Shown here piece by piece: positions 1 through 10,026 of a stretch of DNA of 64,000 bases (position 1 is its first letter; each line of letters begins with the position of its first letter). The notes below the pieces were generated by a model. The model saw only the letters and a program-made list of their open reading frames with translations, had not been told where the DNA came from and did not search any database. A program made the translations under genes and the position numbers. Where the stretch lies: positions 1 to 64,000 of the forward strand of contig CAVSBT010000030.1 of NCBI GenBank assembly GCA_963726245.1, read 5' to 3'. The stretch comes from an uncultured Chloroflexia bacterium (GTDB lineage: Bacteria > Chloroflexota > Dehalococcoidia > DSTF01 > JALHUB01).

Positions 1-1155
1 CATCCCCCGGTACGACTCCAGCCGCTCTCTAAGGAAACGGTCGTGTCGCGCCCGACCGGCCACGGCGCAGGCCGGCTCACCCCGGTGGAGGCAGTCGTCG
101 AAGGCGCAGCCCAGGGCGAGGGCCGCAATGTCGGCGAAGTGCCGGGCCAGCTCCCGCGCCTCCATTCCGCGTATGCCGAAGGCCCGGATCCCCGGCGTAT
201 CGACGACGAAAGTGTCGGGAAGCGAGAGAGGTATGAGACGGGCGGCAGAGGTGGTGTGCCGGCCCTTGCCCTGCCCAGCGGCGGTCTGCGTCACCTCCCC
301 TGTGCGGAGGGCAAGGGCTGGCTCCAGTGCGTTGAGCAGAGAGCTCTTGCCGACCCCCGAGTGTCCGGTGAGCAGGGAAATCCTGCCTGCCATACACTCT
401 TTCAGCTCGACAAGGCCGGTGCCGGTCAGCGCGCTGGTCCGAAGCACCGGGACGCCCAGGCGCGAGTAGCCGTCGAGGTACCACTCCACTTTGCCGGCCA
501 CCCCAAGGTCTTCCTTGTTCAGACAGACGACCGCCGGCAGAGAATCGCGCGACGCTGCCACGAGGTAGCGGTCGATGAGCCGCGGACGAAAGGGGGGCTC
601 GGCAGGGGAACAGACCACGATGACCTGGTCGATGTTGGCGGCCAGCACGTGCCTCTCGTGGACTGCGCTTCTTCGGCTCGCATCGTACACGTCGCGCGTC
701 AGGGCCGACCGGCGCGGCAGGATCGCCATGATGCGGGCCTGGTCCCCGCCTGTGCACAGCAACTGCACCCGGTCGCCGACCGCTAGCGGGCTGCGCGCGG
801 ACGGGCCGATGGCCGCGCCCATCGCCGGCAACGTCGCCCGCACGACCGCCCCTCCGTGCGCGACCAGCGGTTCGCCCGGGCGGATTTCGACTATGGTCCC
901 GATTCCTTCCGGCAGCGGCTCCGGCCCGACGGCGTACGGCGAGCGACGCACGGGCCGAGCGGGCCTCTCCGGCTCCTCTATCTCGTGCTGGTCATCGGTG
1001 TGCCACCAGTCTTTGCGCCGAGGCGGCGGGGGACGGCGAGAGGCGCTCTCGGCAAGGCGCCTGCGCTGCCGCTGCTTGAGCTCGAGTCGCTGTTTCTTGT
1101 CATCCAGCGCCTTCCTGATTCCCTTGAGGCGCCGCTTGGGTAGCTCTTCGGTCAT
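1..1155 (-). CDS. rsgA: Ribosome small subunit-dependent GTPase A, 3' end beyond window, with long basic N-terminal extension
   Basis: Minus-strand frame from ATG 1155 (SD GAGGAG) reads MTEELPKRR...LAANIDQVIVV..RLIDRYL..LNKEDL..GHSGVGKSSLLN..GRHTT..DTPGIR..CAFDDCLHRGEPAC: circularly permuted GTPase motifs plus Zn-finger. Absent from ORF track because it has no stop in the window. Confidence 0.93.
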   Translation of the reverse strand, partial: MTEELPKRRLKGIRKALDDKKQRLELKQRQRRRLAESASRRPPPPRRKDWWHTDDQHEIEEPERPARPVRRSPYAVGPEPLPEGIGTIVEIRPGEPLVAHGGAVVRATLPAMGAAIGPSARSPLAVGDRVQLLCTGGDQARIMAILPRRSALTRDVYDASRRSAVHERHVLAANIDQVIVVCSPAEPPFRPRLIDRYLVAASRDSLPAVVCLNKEDLGVAGKVEWYLDGYSRLGVPVLRTSALTGTGLVELKECMAGRISLLTGHSGVGKSSLLNALEPALALRTGEVTQTAAGQGKGRHTTSAARLIPLSLPDTFVVDTPGIRAFGIRGMEARELARHFADIAALALGCAFDDCLHRGEPACAVAGRARHDRFLRERLESYRGM

Positions 1156-1174
1156 TGCTCTCCTCACTCTGGGC

Positions 1175-1203
1175 AAAAGAAAACGGCCGGGCGTCCCCGG
1201 CCG
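1175..1203 (-). terminator. Intrinsic terminator (attenuator) in rsgA leader
   Basis: Minus strand CGGCCGGG-GACG-CCCGGCCG followed by TTTTCTTTT, about 20 nt before the rsgA start. Confidence 0.85.
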
Positions 1204-1226
1204 GTCAGCGTGAGAGAGCGCTCTCC

Positions 1227-1289
1227 CTACCGCAAGGCGGCCCGAGGACGCAAGCGGGCAGACACAAAGACCGACACTCGCTTTGACAT
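1227..1289 (-). CDS. Putative 20-aa leader peptide MSKRVSVFVSARLRPRAALR
   Basis: ATG 1289 preceded by GAGGAGG, TAG at 1227-1229, located between promoter and terminator. Confidence 0.7.
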   Translation of the reverse strand: MSKRVSVFVSARLRPRAALR

Positions 1290-1324
1290 TCCGCGGGCCC
1301 TCCTCATCCTCAGGCTTCATCCGT

Positions 1325-1353
1325 ATCCTACCGAGCCACTGGAGCCCTGTCAA
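1325..1353 (-). promoter_or_regulatory. Sigma70-type promoter for leader-rsgA
   Basis: TTGACA (1353-1348), 17 nt, TAGGAT (1330-1325). Confidence 0.75.
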
Positions 1354-1419
1354 CCGCTGGCTGGAACACCACACGCCTTGAAGCCGCCCGTGCCCGAATG
1401 CTAGAATCGCGGAGTGGGC

Positions 1420-1511
1420 GGAGGGATCGCATAGTGGTCTAGTGCGGCCGCCTGCTAAGCGGTTACCCTGGGAAACTGGGGTCATGGGTTCGAATCCCAT
1501 TCCCTCCGCCA
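1420..1511 (+). tRNA. tRNA-Ser(GCT)
   Basis: GGAGGGA/TCCCTCC acceptor stem, G discriminator, encoded CCA, anticodon arm GCCGC-CT-GCT-AA-GCGGT, long variable arm, GGTTCGAATCC T-loop. Confidence 0.97.
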
Positions 1512-1545
1512 TCCTTCAATTCCTCTCCCTTAGGAGGTGTCCGTC

Positions 1546-1815
1546 ATGCGACTCGCCGCCCGAACCCAGCTCTCACTCGTCGTTGCCGCTTGTCTGCTCG
1601 GCCTCGCAGTTTCGCTGAAGAACGTCGTGGGCGTTTCAGCGCAGACGTCCTATCACGAGACTTCATCATCTACAGTTCTCATCTACACGGGCTTCGCCTT
1701 GTTCGCCCCAGTCCAAGAAGCGCGGGGCGAAGGTGGCGGGACTCCACGGCGCACTCCTCCGGGGCTGGTCATCGTCCTGACCACGGTGGCCATCGTGGCC
1801 TTCTATGCGATCTAG
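1546..1815 (+). CDS. Small hypothetical membrane protein
   Basis: SD GGAGG upstream of ATG; three hydrophobic stretches. Confidence 0.55.
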   Translation: MRLAARTQLSLVVAACLLGLAVSLKNVVGVSAQTSYHETSSSTVLIYTGFALFAPVQEARGEGGGTPRRTPPGLVIVLTTVAIVAFYAI

Positions 1816-1823
1816 GCCTAGGA

Positions 1824-3226
1824 GTGGTTGACAGCCCCGTGCGCTACCACATCTGGACCGTCGGCTGCCAGATGAACAAGGCCGACTCCGACAAGCTGGC
1901 CGCCGGCCTGGAGCGCCTCGGCCTGGAGGAGGCGGCCCGCCCCGAGGAGGCCGACCTGGTGGTGCTCAACACCTGTAGCGTCCGCCAGCACGCCGAGGAG
2001 CGCGCCATCAGCAAGCTCGGCGTCCTCAAGAAGCTGAAGAGCCGCCGCAACCTCACGATCGCCGTCATGGGCTGCATGGTGGGCCCGCGCACCGACGACC
2101 TGCGGCGTCGCTTCCCCTACGTCGACGTCTTCACCCGCCCCCAGGAGTTCGACCCCATCCTGGAAGCCATCGGCATCGATGGCGAGGACCTGGGGGGCGA
2201 GTTCTGGCCCCGGACCTTCGCCGTCCCCGGCGGCCCCACCGCCTACGTGCCCGTCATCCACGGCTGCGACAAGTTCTGCAGCTACTGCATCGTCCCCTAC
2301 CGGCGTGGCCGCCAGCGCAGCCGCCCCATCGCTGAGGTGCGGAGGAGGTGGAGCACCTCGTCGCGCGCGGCGTCCGCGAGGTGACGCTGCTCGGCCAGAC
2401 GGTAGAGGCCTACGGCCACGACCTGCCTGATGAGACCGGACCTGGGCGACCTCCTGCGCGCCCTCCACGAGATCGACGGCCTGCACCGCCTGCGCTTCCT
2501 CACCTCCTACCCACCGGACATGACGGAGCGCATCCTGCGGGCCGTGGCCGAGCTGCCCAAGGTCTGCCAGCACTTCAGCCTCCCCGTGCAGTCGGGCGAC
2601 GACGGCGTGCTGGAGCGCATGCGCCGCGGCTACACCGTGGCCGAGTACCGGCAGAAGCTGGAGCTCCTGCGACGCCTCATGCCCGAGGCCGCCGTCAGCA
2701 CCGATGTCATCGTCGGCTTCTGCGGGGAGACGGAGGCCGAGTTCCGCCGCACCTACGACCTGCTGGCCGAGCTACGGTTCGACAAGGTGCACGTGGCCGC
2801 CTACTCGCCGCGGCCGGGCACCATCGCCTGGCGCCGGCTGCCCGACGACGTGCCCCAGGAAGTGAAGAGGGAGCGGCTGCAGGCGGTGGAGGAGCTCCAG
2901 GCCCGCATCGCCGGCGAGATCAACAGCGCCCTCCTGGGCCGCACCGTCGAGGTGCTGGTCGAGGAGGAGAAGGGAGGCAAGCTCGGCGGGCCTGCCCGCC
3001 CGCTAGGCGGGCGCACCCGCTCCGGCAAGCTGGTCCACTTCAGCGGCGACGCGCGCATCAGGGCAGGCCCGGCGACCTGGTGGACGTCGTCATCGAGAGG
3101 ACCAGCCCCTGGTCGCTCCAGGGCCGGCTCGTCGGCGCCGCGACGCCGAGATGGCCGGCGACCAGGTCGCACCTCTGGCGACTGGCCAGCCTGGCTGGCC
3201 GCCAGCCTCGCGCCGAGCGTCCGTGA
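1824..3226 (+). CDS. miaB: tRNA-2-methylthio-N6-dimethylallyladenosine synthase (frameshifts near 2345, 2425, 3060)
   Basis: TVGCQMN, NTCSVR, MGCM, radical SAM GCDKFCSYC, LPVQSG, STDVIVGF, C-terminal TRAM; spread over ORFs 1590-2384, 2348-3226 and 2430-3881. Confidence 0.92.
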
Positions 3227-3881
3227 TGGTGCCTCGCGCCGTCCAACGACAAACCCCTGGTTGCCCTGGTGGTCGTCATCTTCACGGTGGAGGGCGGCAC
3301 CCTCCAGGTCCTCCTCATCCGGCGCAGCGCGCCCCCCTTTCAGGGCTTCTGGGCCCTGCCCGGCGGCGTCTTCAGCGGCGACGAGGCCCTCGGCGAAGGC
3401 AGCCGCCCGCCGTCTGCTGGAGGAGACGGGCCTCGAAGACGTCTACCTGGAGCAGCTCTACACCTTCACCGACCTGGACCCCGACCTGCCGGCGGTGGCC
3501 GTCACCTACTTCGCCCTGGTGAACCACACGCAGGCGCGACTCCAGCAGCGACGCCGCTGGCGGCCGGCCTGGCACGCCGTGGCCAGCCTGCCCGAACTGG
3601 CCTTCAACAACCGCGCCGTCATCGACTACGCCCTGACGCGGCTGCGCTACAAGCTGGAGTACACCAACGTCGCCTACAGCCTGCTGCCTGAGAGCTTCAC
3701 CCTCAGCGAGCTCCAGCGCGTCTACGAGTCCATCCTTGGCCGCCCCCTGGACAAGCGGAACTTCCGCAAGTGGATCCTGGCCCGCGACATCGTGCGTCCC
3801 ACGGGCGGCACCCGCAGCGAGGGCGCTCACCGACCGGCCCGCCTCTACGCCTTCACGTCGCGGCAGCCGGTAATCTTCTAA
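3226..3881 (+). CDS. nrtR: NrtR-family Nudix-related transcriptional regulator (frameshifted)
   Basis: LQVLLIRR..WALPGG, AARRLLEETGL..YLEQLYTF, FTLSELQRVYE..DKRNFRK..HRPARLY; directly upstream of nadA. Confidence 0.88.
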
Positions 3882-3887
3882 CCTCAC

Positions 3888-3960
3888 TTAGTGTACTCTT
3901 GACAATAGCTCCCTCCCCTGCTACCATGATCACAAAGTTAGTGTCTGTATGACACTAACT
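3888..3960 (+). promoter_or_regulatory. nad operon promoter with two NrtR-type operators
   Basis: TTGACA 3899-3904, 17 nt, TGnTACCAT 3919-3927; perfect inverted repeat AGTTAGTGTC-N5-GACACTAACT 3936-3960 with GT-N7-AC core; second copy TTAGTGTACTCTTGACAATAG overlapping the -35. Confidence 0.85.
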
Positions 3961-3995
3961 CTGCACGGACTTCCAGCCAGAGAGGACGGTGCAGC

Positions 3996-5239
3996 GTGGT
4001 CCGGCAAACCTATCCCCTGCCCGTCGCCCCTCGCCAGCGGCCCGGCGCCGTCGAAGAGGACCTCGTGCGCCGGGAGCTCATGCGCTGCGACACCGATACC
4101 CTGGAGACGCGCCCCCTTCGCGAGGAGCACGCCTTCGCCTACTGGCAGCAGGACATCCCCCAGGAGTACTGGGACCTCTCCGGCCCGGAGCTGGTGGAGC
4201 GGGTGCGCGCTGGCGCGCCAGAAGCTCGGCAGCCGGCTCATCGTCCTCGGCCACCACTACCAGCGCGAGGACATCATCCAGTTCGCCGACGTCCGCGGCG
4301 ACTCCTTCAAGCTGGCCCGCTGGGCCGCCCAGCACCCGAGGCCGAGTACATCGTCTTCTGCGGCGTCCACTTCATGGCCGAGAGCGCCGACATCCTGACC
4401 GGCGCCCACCAGAAGGTGATGCTGCCCAACATGGCCGCCGGCTGCTCGATGGCCGACATGGCCGACCCCGACGACGTCTTCGCCTGCTGGGATGAGCTGG
4501 AGCGAGGCCGGCCTGACCGCCGACACCATCCCCGTCACCTACATCAACTCCGCCGCCTCCCTCAAGGCCTTCTGCGGCCAGCACGAGCGGCATCGTCTGC
4601 ACCTCCAGCAACGCCGCCGCCGTGCTGCAGTGGGCTTTCGAGCGCGGGCGGCGCGTCCTCTTCTTCCCCGACCAGCACCTGGGCCGCAACACCGGCCTCA
4701 AGCTGGGCATCGCGCTGGAGGAGATGCCCCTCTGGGACTACCACCGCCCCTACGGTCACCTGGGCGGCAACACGCTGGAGCAGCTCGAACGCGCCCGCAT
4801 CATCCTCTGGAAGGGCCACTGCTCGGTGCACCAGCGCTTCACCGTGGAGCAGATCGAGCGGGCGCGCCAGGAGTACCCCGGCATCCGGGTGGTCGTCCAC
4901 CCGGAGTGCCGGATGGAGGTGGTGCAGGCCGCCGACTGCGACGGCTCCACGGAGTTCATCGTCCGCCAGGTGGCGGAGTCGCCGGCGGGCAGCCGCTGGG
5001 CGGTGGGCACCGAGATCAACCTGGTGCACCGCCTGGCCGTCGAGAACCCCGACAAGCTGGTCTTCTGCCTGGACCCGGTGGTCTGCCCCTGCTCCACCAT
5101 GTACCGCGTGCACCCGGCCTACCTCTGCTGGGTGGTCGAGCAACTGGCCGAGGGCCGGGTGGTGAACCAGGTGCAGGTGGACGAGGAGACGGCCCGCCAC
5201 GCGAAGGTCGCCCTGGACCGCATGCTGGCGGTGGAGTAG
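3996..5239 (+). CDS. nadA: Quinolinate synthase A (frameshifted)
   Basis: [65 protein letters not shown]. Confidence 0.93.
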
Positions 5240-5286
5240 CGGCCCGCATCGCAAGGGCCATCTGCTCGCTTCATGGAGGCGCTGTC

Positions 5287-5661
5287 ATGCAGGTCGACCT
5301 GGATCACGCTCACCTCTTCGCCTCTGACTTGGATGAAACCGTCCGCTGGTGGAGCGAGATGCTCGACGCTCGCGTTGTCTTCGATGTCGAGGTCGCCGGC
5401 GCGCGCAACGTTCGCCTCGCCGTTGGGCGTGGCTCCATCAACCTGTACGATCAGCCGCCGCGAGTCGTAGGGTCGGGCAGCGTCCACCACCTGGGGATTC
5501 AGACCGACGACCTCGAGGGACTGGTGGCCTCGATGGAAGCGAAAGGCTTTCGTTTTCGGGAACCGATCAAGGATTTCGGGGTGCTGAAATACGTCATGGC
5601 TGCCGCTCCCGACAGCGTCCTGCTGGAGCTGTTCGAGGCCGGCGAAGGCCATGCCAACCCA
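5287..5661 (+). CDS. VOC/glyoxalase family domain, in frame with nadB
   Basis: SD GGAGG; LDHAHL...VHHLGI...PDSVLLELFE, the VOC metal-ligand pattern H/H/E. Confidence 0.8.
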
Positions 5662-7195
5662 GTGAAGCACTACGACTACGTCATCGTCGGCTCCGGCATC
5701 GCCGGGCTCTACGCCGCGCTCCTGGCCCGCGAGCACGGCAGCGTCCTCGTCCTCACCAAGAGCTCCATCGACGAGTGCAACACCCGCTACGCCCAGGGCG
5801 GCATCGCCGCCCCCATCGGGCGCGACGACTCGCCGGAGCTGCACCTCCAGGACACCCTCGCCGCCGGCGCCGGCCTGGTGAACGAGGAGGCGGCGCGCAT
5901 CCTCACCTCCGAGGCCGCCGACCGCATCGGCGACCTGGTGCGCTTCGGCGTCCCCTTCGACACCATCACGGCGAGGTGGCCCTGGGCCGCGAGGGCGCCC
6001 ACAGCCGCGCCCGCATCCTCCACGCCGGCGGCGACTCCACCGGCCAGCACATCGAGCTCACCTTGAGCGGCCTCGCCCGCCTCTCGCGGGTCACCATCGC
6101 TGGAGCACTGCCTGGCGCGCCAGATCCGGGTGGAGGACGGCGCCGTGCGCGGCGCTGGAGGCCCTGGACACCCGCACCGGCGCGCTGGAGGAGTTCGGCT
6201 GCCGGTTTCTCATCCTGGCGACCGGCGGCTGCGGCCAGCTCTACAAGGTGACCACCAACCCGGAGGTCGCCACCGGCGACGGCGTCGCCCTGGCCTATCG
6301 CGCCGGGGCCGAGGTGATGGACATGGAGTTCATCCAGTTCCACCCCACGGCCCTGCGCCTGCCGGGCGTCCCCGCCTTCCTCATCTCCGAGGCCGTGCGC
6401 GGCGAGGGCGGCCTCCTGCGCGACGAGAGCGGCCGCCGCTTCATGCCCGACTACCACCCCCAGGCGGAGCTGGCCCCTCGCGACGTGGTGGCCCGCGCCA
6501 TCGTCACCGAGATGGCGCGCTCCGGCAGCGACCACGTCTACCTGGACGTGACCCACCTGCCGCCCGAGAAGGTGAGCGCTCGCTTCCCCCAGATCTACCG
6601 CTTCTGCCTCGAACACGAGCTGGACATCACGCGCGAGCCCATCCCCGTGTCGCCGGCGGCGCACTACATGATGGGCGGCGTGCGCACCAACACCTGGGGC
6701 GAGACGAACCTGGCCGGCCTCTACGCCTGCGGCGAGACAGCCTGCATGGGGCTGCACGGCGCCAACCGGCTGGCCAGCAACTCCCTGCTGGAGACCGTCG
6801 TCTTCGCCAAGCGCGTCGTGCAGCGCACCCTGGACTCGCCGGGAACGCCCGCCCCGGCGGCGCCGGACGCCCGCCCTCTGTCGAGCGCCGCCCTGGCCGA
6901 GGCCCCCCGCGCCGACCGCACGGCGCTCCAGGCCCTCATGTGGGAGAAGGTGGGCATCGTCCGCGACGGGCCCACCCTGGGCGAGGCTGCGCGGCTGCTC
7001 TCGGCCTGGGAGGCCGCTCTGCCCGCCCCCAGCGACCTACCTTCTCACGAGCTGGCGAACCTGGTGCTCCTGGGCCGCCTCGTGACGGAGGCGGCCCTTC
7101 AGCGGGAGGAGAGCCGCGGCGCCCACTACCGCCGCGACTTCCCGGAGCCGCGGCCGGAGTGGCTGCGCCACATCGTCTTCCGCCGCCATGACTGA
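5662..7195 (+). CDS. nadB: L-aspartate oxidase (frameshifted)
   Basis: IVGSGIAG, YAQGGIAA, EGAHS..RILHAGGDSTG, ATGDG, FIQFHPT, ISEAVRGEG, LAPRDVV, AHYMMGG, HGANRLASNSLLE, ESRGAH. Confidence 0.94.
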
Positions 7196-8085
7196 CGAAA
7201 GCCCGCAACAGCCGGCTCCGGGCGCCGCCTTCGCTTCCCCCGGACGCCGTTCGCCGCGCCGTCGCCGTGGCCCTCGCCGAGGACGCCGCCTGGCGCGACG
7301 TGACCACGGCCGCCCTCGTGCCGCCTGACCAGCAAGGCCGGGCCGTCATCATCGCCAAGGCGCAGGGCGTGCTGGCGGGTCTGGCGGTGGCGGAGGCCGT
7401 CTTCCATGCCCTGGACGCGTCGCTGGCCTTCGAGGCGGCGGCGGCCGACGGGGCGCGCCTTTCGCCGGGCCAGGTCGTGGCCCGCATCGACGGCGCCCTG
7501 AACCCCATCCTGCGCGGCGAGCGGGTGGCGCTCAACTTCCTTCAGAGGCTGTCGGGCGTGGCGACGGCCACGGCGCGGCTGGTGGAGGCCCTGGAAGGCC
7601 TGCCCACGCGCCTGCTGGACACCCGCAAGACGACGCCCGGCCTGCGCGCCCTCGAGAAGTACGCCGTGCGGGTCGGCGGCGGCCACAGCCACCGCTTCAA
7701 CCTGGCCGACGGCATCCTCATCAAGGACAACCACCTGGCCGCGCTGACGGCCCGGGGCGAGGGCATCGCCGAGGCGATACGGCTGGCGCGGCTGGGCGCG
7801 CCCCACACCCTGCGGGTGGAGATCGAGGTCACCAGCGTCGATCAGGCGCTGGAGGCGCTGGCCGCCGGCGCCGAGGTGCTGCTCCTCGACAACATGGACC
7901 TGGAGGACATGCGACGCGTCGCCGGCGTGGCCCAGGGCCGCGCCCTCACCGAGGCGTCAGGCGGGATCACACTGGACAACATCCGGGCTGTGGCCGAGAC
8001 GGGGGTGGACTTCATCTCCGTCGGCGCCATCACCCACTCGGCGCCCGCGCTGGACATGAGCCTGGAAGTGGTAGAGACCCCGTAG
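7188..8085 (+). CDS. nadC: Nicotinate-nucleotide pyrophosphorylase (start at 7188 needs one frameshift; in-frame from 7267)
   Basis: ERVALNFLQRLSG, DTRKTTPG, HRFNL, IKDNH, IEV, LLDN, EASGGI. Confidence 0.94.
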
Positions 8086-8106
8086 GGGCCAGCCCTGCGC
8101 CGGCCC
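8082..8106. repeat. GTAG-type REP-like palindrome
   Basis: GTAGGGGCCAGCCCTGCGCCGGCCC between convergent genes; resembles copies at 35051 and 50994. Confidence 0.5.
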
Positions 8107-8141
8107 GGAGCCCAATGCCGCCCAGCCTGCAGTCCCCGCCC

Positions 8142-8921
8142 TCAGTTGTGCACGATCACCCGCGTGCCGGTGGTAGCGAAGTCCCAGAAGAACTTGGCGT
8201 CGTCGTAGCGCATGCCGACGCAGCCGTGGCTGGAGGGCACATTGCCGAAGTAGCTGTCGTCGCGCCAGTAGTTGTAGTGAAGGGCGATGCCGCCCACGAA
8301 GTACTGCGTGAAGTAGACATCCTCCAGGTAGTAGCCCCAGGGGTCATCGCGCGGGATGCCGATGGTGAGCGAGTCCATCGTCTCATTCTCAATCCGCATG
8401 TAGATCTGAAACTCGCCGGTCGGCGTCTCCCAGCCGGGGGCGCCCGTGGTCACCAGCGCGAGGTGTACGGGCTGCGCGCCGACGAAGCCTATCGCCCGCT
8501 GCGTCGCCAGGTTGACCTCGATCCAGTGCTCGTCAGGCCCAAAGCTCACCCCCTCCGGCGGCCGGGCTTCGGCGAGCTCCCGGGCTAAGGCCTCCGCGGT
8601 GGCCTGACGGCGGGCCTCCGCGTCCGCCGCGGCCCGCTCCGCCTCCTGATGGGCGATCTCCTTCAAGTAGAGAGCGGTCTGGCTCTGAATGTAGGCTTGT
8701 CGCAAGGCCTGAGTGTCTGTGGTCAGGGCTGTGACGCGGGCCAGAGCGTACTTCGCAGGGAAAGAGGAGGCGCCAGAGAGGGCCGCAGGAAGGGGATCGG
8801 TCCCCGAGGACGCGCCGCGCGAGAGAGACCCACGCGACCAGGGAGCCAGGACAACGAAAGCCAGGAGGCTTCCACCCAGGAACGAAGCCGCCACCAAACG
8901 CAACGCCCGTGGGGTCGCCAT
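8142..8921 (-). CDS. L,D-transpeptidase (YkuD family), membrane anchored
   Basis: N-terminal TM; IEVNLATQ, TPTGEF, ALH..SHGCVGM catalytic motif. Confidence 0.9.
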   Translation of the reverse strand: MATPRALRLVAASFLGGSLLAFVVLAPWSRGSLSRGASSGTDPLPAALSGASSFPAKYALARVTALTTDTQALRQAYIQSQTALYLKEIAHQEAERAAADAEARRQATAEALARELAEARPPEGVSFGPDEHWIEVNLATQRAIGFVGAQPVHLALVTTGAPGWETPTGEFQIYMRIENETMDSLTIGIPRDDPWGYYLEDVYFTQYFVGGIALHYNYWRDDSYFGNVPSSHGCVGMRYDDAKFFWDFATTGTRVIVHN

Positions 8922-8999
8922 CAGCCTTCCCTATCAGCGTGGGATGCAAGTCGTTTGACATAGTCTATGGCCAGCGCGGGCGGCTGTCGAGAGGGAATC

Positions 9000-9464
9000 T
9001 CAGCCGCGCCGGGGCCGGTCCAGGTCGGCGGTGTCCAGGAGGATGGTCACGGGGCCATCGTTGCAGATCTCGACCAGCATGTGGGCACCGAAGCGGCCGC
9101 TGGCCACCCGCACGCCCATCTGCGCCAGAGCGGCCGCGTACCGTTCGACCAGCGGCTCCGCCTCCTCGGGTGGGGCCGCCGACATGAAGTCGGGCCGGCG
9201 GCCGCGACGGGTATCGGCCAGGAGAGTGAACTGGCTCACGATCAGCGCCTCGCCGCCCACGTCCAGCAGCGACAAATCGAATCGGCCGGCGGCATCGGGG
9301 AAGATTCGCAGCTCGGCCGTCTTGCGCGCCAGCCTCTCGGCGTCGTCGGCGACGTCACCACGCGCAACGCCGAGGAGGACAACCAGGCCACCACCAATGG
9401 CGCCAACCGTCTCCCCTTCCACGGAGACGGAAGCTCGGGTGACGCGCTGAATGAGGGCTCTCAA
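9000..9464 (-). CDS. dtd: D-aminoacyl-tRNA deacylase
   Basis: MRALIQRV, SQFTL, GRRP, FGAHM..NDGPVT. Confidence 0.95.
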   Translation of the reverse strand: MRALIQRVTRASVSVEGETVGAIGGGLVVLLGVARGDVADDAERLARKTAELRIFPDAAGRFDLSLLDVGGEALIVSQFTLLADTRRGRRPDFMSAAPPEEAEPLVERYAAALAQMGVRVASGRFGAHMLVEICNDGPVTILLDTADLDRPRRG

Positions 9465-9469
9465 GCAGT

Positions 9470-9751
9470 CTAGCTGGCGGCCAGCGCCTCTGAGTCTTTG
9501 CTCGTGGAAGATGGGGGCTCGGAGGCCTTCTCCTCGGTGGCCTTCTCCTCGTTGCCGTTAGGCCCGTAGCGGGTGGGCCGGTGGTCGGTGCTGTAGAATC
9601 CGCTGCCCTTGAACACTATCGGGGGCGCGTGCAGGACACGCCGAGCGCTGCCGCCGCAGTGGGAGCACACCTGAAGCGGGGGCGCTTCGAAGCCCTCTCT
9701 CCGCTCGTAGCGGTGTCCGCACTCTCCACAACGGTACTCATATATGGGCAA
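9470..9751 (-). CDS. FmdB-family zinc-ribbon protein
   Basis: [29 protein letters not shown]. Confidence 0.88.
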   Translation of the reverse strand: MPIYEYRCGECGHRYERREGFEAPPLQVCSHCGGSARRVLHAPPIVFKGSGFYSTDHRPTRYGPNGNEEKATEEKASEPPSSTSKDSEALAAS

Positions 9752-9907
9752 TGTCGGCGCCTCCAGGGGGTTTAGACTACTATATAGTATATGGGCGCGA
9801 CACGCCTCCGATCAAGGTCTGGGTGGCCGCAGGTCATGACAGCTTCCCTTGCGGAGCCGGACGATCGATTTCGCCGGGACGCGACAGCACCAAACCGACA
9901 CCACAAC

Positions 9908-9936
9908 TTGACGGCGTTCCAGGTCGGACGTAGAAT
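9908..9936 (+). promoter_or_regulatory. Sigma70-type promoter for ABC binding protein
   Basis: TTGACG, 17 nt, TAGAAT. Confidence 0.65.
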
Positions 9937-10026
9937 CCCGTAGGCACGCCGCTCAATGAGATGCCGCTCCGGCGAAGAATCCCAAGAAAAGACGACTCAC
10001 GGTAAGGAGAAAAGGAGGACCTGACC

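Noticed and set aside
43-786. 247-aa plus-strand ORF, and similar long antisense ORFs such as 52344-54872 and 26271-27761
   Set aside because: Shadow frames opposite real genes (rsgA, shc, ftsK) in high-GC DNA; no recognisable motifs.
1420-1815. Integrative element at tRNA-Ser
   Set aside because: No integrase and no duplicated tRNA 3' end seen in the window.
2430-3881. Apparent MiaB-NrtR fusion
   Set aside because: The joining segment is out-of-frame text; the MiaB TRAM end and the NrtR start lie in other frames, so it is an indel artefact.
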